Shown piece by piece: positions 19,139 through 27,322 of a stretch of 64,000 nt of DNA (its first letter is position 1; each line of letters begins with the position of its first letter). The notes beneath the pieces are model-generated. The model was not told the DNA's origin, ran no database searches, and was given only the letters and a program-made list of their open reading frames with translations. The position numbers were made by a program, and so were the translations under genes. The DNA comes from Thermoproteota archaeon (lineage in GTDB: Archaea > Thermoproteota > Bathyarchaeia > Bathyarchaeales > Bathyarchaeaceae): positions 22,230 through 86,229 of the forward strand of contig JBHORG010000001.1 in the NCBI GenBank assembly GCA_042565955.1, given 5' to 3'.

Positions 19139-21922
19139 ATGCGTAAGACCCTAACAAATTGCATCAGAGCTTTTTTTAATGGGCACAATGAAATATACCC
19201 ATTAACGGACCAGAAAAAGATGACTACACAGAGCTCACTTGAGTTATTTGGTGTTCCAGAAAAACAGAAGAAGACAACAGTATCTTCCTCACCTGATCAA
19301 AAGCCAAGAGGATATTTTTCACCTAAACAGAAAGCTCTTTCAGAAAAAAACCCACTTGTTGTATACCCTGATTTCCCAGAAAACCTGCCCCCATCATACC
19401 TTGTATCTGTCACATACCATGGAAAAAAGCAGCTAGCCAGCCTAAAATTATATGAGCCCGAGTCTGAAAAAATCTACTTCTGGGATGACAACACCGGGCA
19501 CAAACCCTATTGTCTTACAAGTCTTGCTCCAGAGGAACTTGAAAAACTCAAACGAGTAACATCACATTCTGGCTTTGACCACTTCGAAACCGTTAATAAG
19601 TTTGACCCTCTTTATGACCAAAACGTAATAGTAACGAAGGTTGTGGCAAAGGACCCATTGGCGATAGGAGGCCGCCAAAGCGGCTCTATGCGAGACATAA
19701 TCCCTAATGATTATCAACAATTAACTGGATTTGAGGAACCTCCCAAAGTCTGGGAATCCTATATCCGTTATTATCAATCCTACATTTACGATAAAAACCT
19801 AGCTCCTGGTATGTTATATGAAATTCAGAACGGAAACCTTGTTCCCATACATCAGACTTCATCAAAAGAGACTATAGAAAAAATCTTGAGTCTATTCTCT
19901 GGAGTAAGCAAAGAATTTTTGGAAAGTGTAGAAAAATGGGCACGTCTACTAGAATCTCCGGCTCCTGACTTTCGAAGAGTCGGCCTCGACATCGAGGTGA
20001 GTTCTCCAATTGCAACTCGTATTCCTGATCCGCAAAAAGCTGATAATCCTGTTGTTTGTGTGGCGCTAGTTGGTTCGGATGGAAAAAAAGAGTTATTCAT
20101 TTTGAAGCGGGATGGAATAGAGACAGGCAATAAAAAACTGCCACTTGACACGATTGTCACATATTTTGATGATGAAAAAAAGTTGCTTTCGAAACTTTTT
20201 AGTGCTCTTCGGGAGTATCCTTTTGTTTTAACCTTCAATGGCGATGATTTCGATCTGCCATACCTATATAACAGGGCTAAAAATCATTTCAATTTTGAAC
20301 GAAACCAGATTCCAATACACGTTGGACAAAGAGTATGCCAAGTTACTCATGGCGTTCACATTGACCTCTACAAGTTCTTCTTTAACAGGTCAATACAAAT
20401 CTACGCCTTCGGCAACAAATATAGGGACATAACCCTAAACGCAGTCGGCACTGCACTGCTAGAAATGCCAAAAATTGAATTCGAAAAACCACTTTCAGAA
20501 CTAAGTTACACCGAACTTGCCGAATACAACCTACGTGACTCCGAAATTACCTTAGACCTAACAGTCTTTAACGATAACTTGGTCATGAAACTAATCTTAG
20601 CCATTTCAAGAATTGTCCATATGCCCATGGAGGACGTGAGTCGCCAAGGAGTTTCACGATGGATACGTAACTTTCTGTATCATGAGCATCGCCAAAGAAA
20701 CATGTTGATTCCAAACATGGAAGACATACTTGCTCTTAAAGGCGGAACCACAACCAAAGCCATGATCAAAGGAAAAAAATACAAAGGAGCTATAGTTGTT
20801 GACCCTGTTCCAGGTGTCCACTTTAACGTGGCAGTTATGGACTTCGCTAGCCTGTATCCATCCATAATAAAAGTTCATAATCTGGGCTATCAAACCCTAC
20901 TCTGTAAACATGAGGAATGCAAAACAAACAAGGTTCCCGAGACCACTCACTGGGTATGCACCAGAAATAAAGCTCTTGAAAGTCTGTTGATAGGGTCACT
21001 TAGGGATCTTCGAGTCAAATGGTACAAGCCCAAATCTAAGGACAAGACTTTATCCAAGGATTTACAGAGCTGGTATAATGTAATCCCAAGCGCCCTCAAA
21101 GTTATTCTTAACGCAAGCTACGGAGTTTTCGGTTCACCTGCCTTTGGTCTATATTGTCCACCTGTTGCTGAAGCCACAGCCGCCATCGGCAGACACGTAA
21201 TAACCAAAACTATAGAAAAAGCCAAATCGCTAGATATTGAAGTTCTTTATGGCGACACAGACAGCGTCTTTTTGAAGAATCCCTCCCCCGAACAGATAGA
21301 AATATTGGCCAATTGGTCTATAGAGAACATGGGAATGGAACTGGAAGTCGAAAAATTCTATCGCTACGCTGTCTTTAGTTCCCGCAAAAAGAATTATCTT
21401 GGAATCTTGAAGGGAGGCGGCGTTGACGTCAAGGGAATGACCGGAAAGAAACGCCACATTCCTCCCTACATCAAAAAAGCATTTTTACAACTGGAAAAAC
21501 GACTAGAACAGGTGCAGTCACCCTCAGAATTCGAGGAAGCCAAAAAAGAGATTAAGAAAATTATCCGAGACAGGTACTTGCGATTGAAACAACGCCGTTG
21601 GGGAGACAGCCCAGAGGAACTAGCATTTCATGTTGTTCTTGGTAAACCGCCAGAAGCTTACACAAAAACTACTCCTCAACATGTAAAAGCGGCTCGTATT
21701 CTAAAAAATATAGGTTACGATATGAAAGCTGGTGACTTGATAAGTTTCGTCAAAGTTATGAAGGAACCCCGGGTTAAACCCGTGCAAATAGCAACTAATA
21801 ACGAAATTGATGTAGACAAATATGTTGCCCACCTACAATCAACTTTTGATCAAATTCTAGATGCTTTGGGTTTAGACTTTGATGAGATAATTGGCTTAAC
21901 TAAGCTTTCACGCTTTATGTAA
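19139..21922 (+). CDS. polB: Family B DNA polymerase
   Basis: Exo motifs LDIEV and FNGDDFDLPYL. Pol motifs DFASLYPSII, KVILNASYG and YGDTDS. Alternative start at ATG 19220 (MTTQSSLELFG...). Confidence 0.9.
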   Translation: MRKTLTNCIRAFFNGHNEIYPLTDQKKMTTQSSLELFGVPEKQKKTTVSSSPDQKPRGYFSPKQKALSEKNPLVVYPDFPENLPPSYLVSVTYHGKKQLASLKLYEPESEKIYFWDDNTGHKPYCLTSLAPEELEKLKRVTSHSGFDHFETVNKFDPLYDQNVIVTKVVAKDPLAIGGRQSGSMRDIIPNDYQQLTGFEEPPKVWESYIRYYQSYIYDKNLAPGMLYEIQNGNLVPIHQTSSKETIEKILSLFSGVSKEFLESVEKWARLLESPAPDFRRVGLDIEVSSPIATRIPDPQKADNPVVCVALVGSDGKKELFILKRDGIETGNKKLPLDTIVTYFDDEKKLLSKLFSALREYPFVLTFNGDDFDLPYLYNRAKNHFNFERNQIPIHVGQRVCQVTHGVHIDLYKFFFNRSIQIYAFGNKYRDITLNAVGTALLEMPKIEFEKPLSELSYTELAEYNLRDSEITLDLTVFNDNLVMKLILAISRIVHMPMEDVSRQGVSRWIRNFLYHEHRQRNMLIPNMEDILALKGGTTTKAMIKGKKYKGAIVVDPVPGVHFNVAVMDFASLYPSIIKVHNLGYQTLLCKHEECKTNKVPETTHWVCTRNKALESLLIGSLRDLRVKWYKPKSKDKTLSKDLQSWYNVIPSALKVILNASYGVFGSPAFGLYCPPVAEATAAIGRHVITKTIEKAKSLDIEVLYGDTDSVFLKNPSPEQIEILANWSIENMGMELEVEKFYRYAVFSSRKKNYLGILKGGGVDVKGMTGKKRHIPPYIKKAFLQLEKRLEQVQSPSEFEEAKKEIKKIIRDRYLRLKQRRWGDSPEELAFHVVLGKPPEAYTKTTPQHVKAARILKNIGYDMKAGDLISFVKVMKEPRVKPVQIATNNEIDVDKYVAHLQSTFDQILDALGLDFDEIIGLTKLSRFM

Positions 21923-21949
21923 ATAATCTGCTTCCAAAACACTGGAATT

Positions 21950-22288
21950 TCAACAATTCTTGTCGCCAATACACTTGGACTTGGTTCCTGTGTGCTTTAT
22001 TTCAACCCCTTCTTCGATGGGTTTGCAGGGTAATTGATATTTTTTGAATAGCCACATCAATTCATTGAAAGCTTTCTCATTAACTTCAAACTCCACAACC
22101 TCTGTCATCTCATCTATGACTGCTGGATGTTTTGGATTAGCTTTGTAGAGCATCATAAATTCAGTGTCTTGTTCAGACTTTGGCGGAACAGCTATTATTT
22201 CCCACAAAGACTTTGCCGGAAAGTTTCGAGGCGGATATCGTTTTATCCTTATCTTTTTCAGTGTCTCTACTCCCTCTCCTTGGCACAC
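21950..22288 (-). CDS. Hypothetical protein
   Basis: 112-aa ORF in an otherwise unoccupied gap; no family recognised. Confidence 0.3.
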   Translation of the reverse strand: MCQGEGVETLKKIRIKRYPPRNFPAKSLWEIIAVPPKSEQDTEFMMLYKANPKHPAVIDEMTEVVEFEVNEKAFNELMWLFKKYQLPCKPIEEGVEIKHTGTKSKCIGDKNC

Positions 22289-22501
22289 TTTTTATAACAT
22301 GATTTTAATCTTTCCTATAAGCGGTCATGGTTCCTTTCTCTATACTTATTGTATAGACAATTAGTAGGTAATAACCTATCATAAAAATAGTCTAATTTAT
22401 TATTCAGCTACGTTCATATGTCCTTTCTTGGAACTATTTTGTGTTCATGAAAACCTTAATCTTCTAATCATCCACAATAGCGTTAAGGGGCAACACCAAA
22501 A

Positions 22502-23317
22502 ATGATACTGTTCATAGCCTCAACAAAAGACATAGCTAGCATGAACATCGCCAAGCAACTAATAACTTACTATCGCTTCGAAAAACTCCAAGAAACCTTC
22601 CACCAAAACCCCGTTTACACAAAATCGCTTCATAACAAACAAACCAAACTCCTCTTTGTAGATACAGAAATTGTGGACACCCAGTTCTTGGGCGACATCC
22701 TTAAACCCTATCTATTTGTCTTCTTATCTAGACACAGCAGCGTTAAGGGCATCCCCACCCTTTCTGTACACACTCCTGGGAACCTATCCATTGCTAAATT
22801 CGGTGGTAAATCCGGAAAAGTTTCCATATCTCCCGCGGGTCCCATGAAAAATGCTCTCTTAGAAATGTCAAAACTGGTAAATGAAAAAGGGCTAGATTAC
22901 GAAGTTTCTTACGAATGCACTCACCATGGGCCCTCTTTAGATGTGCCAACCATGTTCGTAGAATTAGGCAGCTCGTCTAAACAATGGAAAGACACCAAAG
23001 CTGCCAAGGTTGTTGCAGATGCAGCTGTTGCTGCTGTTTCTGATTGTCCTGACTGTTCTGTGGTATTGGGAATCGGCGGACCACATTATAACAAAAAGTT
23101 TACAAAACTGGCTCTAGGAAATCAGAGGGCATTTGGTCACATGATTCCAAAGTATGCTCTCGGTGAGGTTGATGCTGAGATAATTACGCAATGTTTTGAA
23201 AGAACATTAGAGTCTATAGATTCAGTAGTTCTTGATTGGAAGGGAATCAAAGGTGAACACAAATCCAAGATTCTTACTACGCTAGATGGTCTTGGTGTGT
23301 ATTCAGAAAAAGTTTAG
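22502..23317 (+). CDS. dtdA: D-aminoacyl-tRNA deacylase, archaeal type (DTD2)
   Basis: FLSRHSS...TLSVHTPGN, YECTHHGPS, LGIGGPHY...FGHMIPKYA and VLDWKG match archaeal DtdA. Confidence 0.85.
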   Translation: MILFIASTKDIASMNIAKQLITYYRFEKLQETFHQNPVYTKSLHNKQTKLLFVDTEIVDTQFLGDILKPYLFVFLSRHSSVKGIPTLSVHTPGNLSIAKFGGKSGKVSISPAGPMKNALLEMSKLVNEKGLDYEVSYECTHHGPSLDVPTMFVELGSSSKQWKDTKAAKVVADAAVAAVSDCPDCSVVLGIGGPHYNKKFTKLALGNQRAFGHMIPKYALGEVDAEIITQCFERTLESIDSVVLDWKGIKGEHKSKILTTLDGLGVYSEKV

Positions 23318-23343
23318 GTCTAAAAAAAGTGGATTGGGGAAAT

Positions 23344-23739
23344 TTATTTTATTCCCCATTTTTTAGTAACTTTCACTAGTATGAAAATAACAAACGCAAC
23401 GATAATGAACGTTATCAGTGCAACTAGAAAGCCTCCAACTCCGAACTCCTGATTGTTAACTGGAATTTTTAGAGTTGACAGGTTATCCATATTGGGAAAC
23501 ACTAAGCCAATGATTGGCATTATCAAATCTGTAACCATCGATTGCACTAGCTGACCAAGATACAAACCCAAAATGAAAGCGACAGCAAGTCCCATAACTT
23601 TGTAATTTTCTATAAAGCTCTTGAATTCATTCCATAATCCTTTCGGTGCTGGTGGTGGCGGAGCAGGTTTAGCGGCTAAGAGTTCTCGTATTTGCGTGAG
23701 TTCTTTTAACATTTCCTCTTCTTTCGACATTCTTCTCAC
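23344..23739 (-). CDS. mscL: Large-conductance mechanosensitive channel
   Basis: FKSFIENYKVMGLAVAFILGLYLGQLVQSMVTDLIMPIIG resembles the MscL TM1 region, and a second TM lies near the C-terminus. The N-terminus has a Pro-rich extension. Confidence 0.7.
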   Translation of the reverse strand: MRRMSKEEEMLKELTQIRELLAAKPAPPPPAPKGLWNEFKSFIENYKVMGLAVAFILGLYLGQLVQSMVTDLIMPIIGLVFPNMDNLSTLKIPVNNQEFGVGGFLVALITFIIVAFVIFILVKVTKKWGIK

Positions 23740-23891
23740 CCGTTATTATTACCCGATTTTCGCCTTTTAACATCTGTTGTGCCGTAAAAAGCACTTCAAT
23801 CTTTGTCAAAACCGTAATAAAATACAATACTATATGTTACAAACTGGTTGCCCACAGGGATAACTTTACATATTAGAATTTAATTTGAAAG

Positions 23892-24080
23892 GTGCGAGGA
23901 ACATTGGGACTAAGATCATTCTTTCAGTCAGCATCCAGATTGCTGAAACTTGCCACAAAACCAGGCAGAACCGAGCTCTGGCTCTCGCTAAAAATATGCT
24001 TTCTTGGAACCATTGCAATCGGAGGAATCGGATTCTTAATCAAGATCATTTTTGAGGGCGTCCGCCCGTTACTAGGTTGA
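23892..24080 (+). CDS. secE: Protein translocase subunit SecE (Sec61 gamma)
   Basis: 62 aa with a single C-terminal TM and KLATKPGRTELW. It sits in the conserved position upstream of spt5-L11. Confidence 0.8.
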   Translation: MRGTLGLRSFFQSASRLLKLATKPGRTELWLSLKICFLGTIAIGGIGFLIKIIFEGVRPLLG

Positions 24081-24086
24081 TAAATT

Positions 24087-24563
24087 ATGAGCGAAGAGAA
24101 TAAAATTTCAACAGCAGTATTCGCCGTACGAACAACTGCAGGTCAAGAGAAAAACGTGGCAAATGTAATCGAAGCCAAAGCAAAAATGGGCGAGATTCCG
24201 ATAACAGCCGTACTTGTACCTGAACTGTTAAAGGGCTATGTTTTCATCGAAGCGGATGGACCACATTCAGTAGAGAAAGCAATAACCGGAGTTAGACATG
24301 TAAGATCCCGAGTTCCAGGTGTTGTGACCTTTCCTGAAGTAGAACGATACATTGTAATAAAACCGGTGATCGAAGAATTAGACGCGAACGATCTCGTTGA
24401 GGTTGTTGGAGGGCCATTCAAGGGAATGAGAGCCAAAATCACGAGGGTTGACAAGGCAAAGGAAGATGTAACCCTTGAATTGTTGGAGGCTACCTTTACT
24501 TTACCAATCACGGTTCACGCGGACTACGTGAAACTTGTCGGGAAATCTAAAAAGGAAGAATGA
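24087..24563 (+). CDS. spt5: Transcription elongation factor Spt5 (NusG homologue)
   Basis: NGN domain (VFAVRTTAGQEKNVA) plus KOW motif (VEVVGGPFKGMRAKI). Conserved secE-spt5-L11 synteny. Confidence 0.9.
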   Translation: MSEENKISTAVFAVRTTAGQEKNVANVIEAKAKMGEIPITAVLVPELLKGYVFIEADGPHSVEKAITGVRHVRSRVPGVVTFPEVERYIVIKPVIEELDANDLVEVVGGPFKGMRAKITRVDKAKEDVTLELLEATFTLPITVHADYVKLVGKSKKEE

Positions 24564-24567
24564 AAAC

Positions 24568-25053
24568 ATGGGAGAAAAGAAAGTTGTTGAAGCATTGGTT
24601 AACGGCGGGCAAGCTACCGCTGGGCCTCCCCTTGGACCCGCGTTGGGGCCTTTGGGAGTCAATGTTCTAGCTATTGTAAACAAAATCAACGAGATAACAA
24701 AAGACTATGCTGGCATGAAAGTGCCCGTGAAAATCAGCGTTGACACTGATAATAAAGAGTTTGAAGTGAGCGTAGGAACGCCTACGACTTCGGCGTTGCT
24801 AGTTAGCGAATTGGGAGTAACAAAGGGCTCAGGAGTTCCTAATACTGAAAAGATTGGTGACTTATCTTTGGAACAGATTGTTCGTATTACTAAAGTCAAG
24901 AGTGACGATGTTTTGGGTAAGGACCTGAAAGCAGCGGTTAACGAGATTTTGGGTACTGGCGTTAGCATGGGCGTAACGGTGGAAGGCAAAGACCCCCGCG
25001 AAGTTCAAAAAGAGATCAAAGAAGGAAAGCACGACGCTTTACTAACTAAATAA
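24568..25053 (+). CDS. rpl11: Ribosomal protein L11
   Basis: VNGGQATAGPPLGPALGPLGVN is the L11 hallmark. I prefer ATG at 24568 over the longer ORF-track start. Confidence 0.9.
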   Translation: MGEKKVVEALVNGGQATAGPPLGPALGPLGVNVLAIVNKINEITKDYAGMKVPVKISVDTDNKEFEVSVGTPTTSALLVSELGVTKGSGVPNTEKIGDLSLEQIVRITKVKSDDVLGKDLKAAVNEILGTGVSMGVTVEGKDPREVQKEIKEGKHDALLTK

Positions 25054-25115
25054 ATTTACCAGTAACAAGATTTTTATAACTGGCTCTTGTACGTCATTGG
25101 CGCGAGGCTCTACGA

Positions 25116-25766
25116 ATGCCACTAAATATGAAAAATATCCTTGCTGCGGTTAAAGAAGTTAAAAGCAAGGCTACTGAACGTAAGTTTTCCCAGTCCATAG
25201 ACCTCGCTATAAACTTACAGAATATTGACATGAAGAAACCTGAGGGTAGAATTCAGGAACGTATCGAATTGCCAAATTCTGTAGGAAAGGTACTAAAAAT
25301 CTGTGTGATTGCCTCAGGCGAGATGGCATTTAAAGCAAAAAAGTCTGGAGCTAGCTTTGTCCTCGAAAGAGCTGCCCTTGAATCTTTAGTTGGTGACAAG
25401 AAACAGCAGAAAGAGATAGCTAAAAAGTATGATATATTCATAGCCCAAGCTCCCATGATGTCTCTTGTAGGTAAGAGTCTTGGTGCATCCCTTGGACCTA
25501 GAGGGAAGATGCCTACTCCAGTAGCTCCTAATGCTGATATTAAAGAGCAGATTGAGAAACATCAGAAAATTGTGTTTGTAAGAATGCGAGGGCAACCTGT
25601 TATTCAGTGCCGCATAGGAAACGAAGCTATGAAAGATGAAGAAATAGCTGAAAATGTTCAGGTTATTGTTAGGAGAATCGAAGGAAAACTAAAAAGAGGA
25701 ATCAAAAACTTCAAGTCTGTTTACCTGAAAACCTCGATGGGTTCTTCAGTTAAGGTTGCTATGTAG
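25116..25766 (+). CDS. rpl1: Ribosomal protein L1
   Basis: FSQSIDLAINL...PRGKMPTP... is typical L1 sequence, in the conserved operon position. Confidence 0.9.
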   Translation: MPLNMKNILAAVKEVKSKATERKFSQSIDLAINLQNIDMKKPEGRIQERIELPNSVGKVLKICVIASGEMAFKAKKSGASFVLERAALESLVGDKKQQKEIAKKYDIFIAQAPMMSLVGKSLGASLGPRGKMPTPVAPNADIKEQIEKHQKIVFVRMRGQPVIQCRIGNEAMKDEEIAENVQVIVRRIEGKLKRGIKNFKSVYLKTSMGSSVKVAM

Positions 25767-25775
25767 GGAAAAGTT

Positions 25776-26654
25776 ATGGTGGTCCGTCAATCAACTCTGC
25801 TAAAGGCTGACAAAGTTAAAGAACTAAAGGAATTCCTGTCAAAATATAATTCGATAGGAATTGCCAGCCTAGAAAAGGTCAGGTCTGCCCAACTTCAACA
25901 ATTAAGGAAAAAGTTGGCTAAGAACGCTTGTCTTCGAGTTGTTAAAAACTCTCTCATCGTAAGGGCTGTTTCTGAAACCAAGGAAAGTACTGGAATTGAA
26001 AAGCTTGAGGAACACCTGACAGGACCCAACTTGTATCTTTTTACGAACCTAAATCCATTCAAACTTGCAATTCTTCTTGAAAAGAGCAGGGTTAACGCAA
26101 CCGCTAGGGGAGGAGACTTGGCAGCATTTGATGTTACAGTTCCTGCTGGAAACACTGGATTACCTCCTGGTCCAATCATTAGTCAATTTACTGCTGTCGG
26201 TTTGCGTACACGAATAGAATCAGGTAGCGTTTATGTGTCAAGAGCCACAATGGTGGTTAAGAAAGGTGAACCTATAAGTAGTCAGCTTGCGAGTTTGCTT
26301 TCTAAGCTTGGAATAAAGCCTGTTGAGGTCGGTTTAAGCTTAAAAGTGGTTTATGATGACGGGGCAATCATAACTGAAGAAGATTTGGTTGTGGACATAG
26401 CTGGGGTTCAACGAAGCGTTGAAGAGGCTCATCAGTTTGCTTTCAATTTGTCTTTGGAGGCGGCTTATCCTCTTCCAGAGAACATTAATTATCTTCTTAG
26501 GCGTGGTCATCAGGAAGCCTATAGTCTAGCGTTGAATGCTGGTGTCATGACCAAGGACACTATTGCCGATCTTATCAGAAAGGCTAGCGTGGAAATGTTA
26601 GGCCTAAACGAAAAACTAGATGAAGCCGAGAAAAAGAATGGGTCATCGAATTAA
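25776..26654 (+). CDS. rplP0: Ribosomal stalk protein P0 (L10), lacking the usual acidic C-terminal tail
   Basis: L10 N-domain (GIASLEKVRSAQLQQLRK) and an archaeal insertion domain. The ORF ends ...EKLDEAEKKNGSSN without the Ala/Glu-rich GLGxLF tail. Confidence 0.85.
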   Translation: MVVRQSTLLKADKVKELKEFLSKYNSIGIASLEKVRSAQLQQLRKKLAKNACLRVVKNSLIVRAVSETKESTGIEKLEEHLTGPNLYLFTNLNPFKLAILLEKSRVNATARGGDLAAFDVTVPAGNTGLPPGPIISQFTAVGLRTRIESGSVYVSRATMVVKKGEPISSQLASLLSKLGIKPVEVGLSLKVVYDDGAIITEEDLVVDIAGVQRSVEEAHQFAFNLSLEAAYPLPENINYLLRRGHQEAYSLALNAGVMTKDTIADLIRKASVEMLGLNEKLDEAEKKNGSSN

Positions 26655-26706
26655 GTTCAGAAAAGTTGAAAAGTAAGTATGATTGAAAAGATGGAGGAGA
26701 ATGAAT

Positions 26707-27015
26707 ATGGAATACGTATATGCTGCGATGCTCTTGCATAAAGCTGGAAAAGAAATAAACGAAAAGAACGTTTCTGAAGTTCTCACGGCAGCCGGCGTAA
26801 GTGCCGATTCTGTCCGAGTTAAAGCTTTAGTGGCGTCCATTGCCGAAGTTGACATCGAGGAAGCAATCAAATCTGCTCCTACAATGATGGCGGCAGCACC
26901 AGCGACTGCAGCTGCAGCACCAGCCGAAGAAGAAAAGAAGGAAGAAGAAGAGGAAGAAGACGAGAGCAAGAAAGAAGAAGCAGCAATGGAAGGTTTAGGT
27001 TCCCTGTTCGGATAA
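26707..27015 (+). CDS. rpl12: Ribosomal stalk protein P1 (L12e)
   Basis: [17 protein letters not shown]... with tail [18 protein letters not shown]...[17 protein letters not shown] precedes the ATG at 26707. Confidence 0.9.
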   Translation: MEYVYAAMLLHKAGKEINEKNVSEVLTAAGVSADSVRVKALVASIAEVDIEEAIKSAPTMMAAAPATAAAAPAEEEKKEEEEEEDESKKEEAAMEGLGSLFG

Positions 27016-27043
27016 ACGGTCTAGTATCGTTTTCCTGAACTGA

Positions 27044-27075
27044 GGGGAGGCTTTTCCTCTCTCTGTATTCTTTTT
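27044..27075 (+). terminator. Possible hairpin plus T-run after the ribosomal stalk operon
   Basis: GGGGAGG-cuuuu-CCTCTCT stem (with G-U pairs) followed by ttcttttt. Seen by eye only. Confidence 0.3.
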
Positions 27076-27322
27076 GATTTCTTTGTTTTCTTAGCTACTG
27101 CAAAGTTATTTATCACTCGAGTCGTTTTAAGGGAGAACTTATAATCTCTTATAGTCCCTTTTGATTTCAGTGTTTAATAATTGGTAGATTTGATGCTTTA
27201 TTTAGCTCTTTAAATAACTTAAGTGGATTTTTTTGGATCTTGAACAGAACATCTTCAAGACAGTTTTGTGGATAAACCGGTTACGCTATGGATATTAAGC
27301 AGTTCTGACCAAAATCCTATCT

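Noticed and set aside
19139-21922. Inteins in PolB (also considered for aIF5B and LonB)
   Set aside because: The catalytic motifs are contiguous (DFASLYPSII, KVILNASYG, YGDTDS) and the lengths are normal. No Cys/Ser...HN splice junction blocks are present.
26643-26969. 108-aa Ser/Ala-rich minus-strand ORF
   Set aside because: It is an antisense shadow of the low-complexity acidic/alanine tail of ribosomal protein P1. It has no independent start signals.
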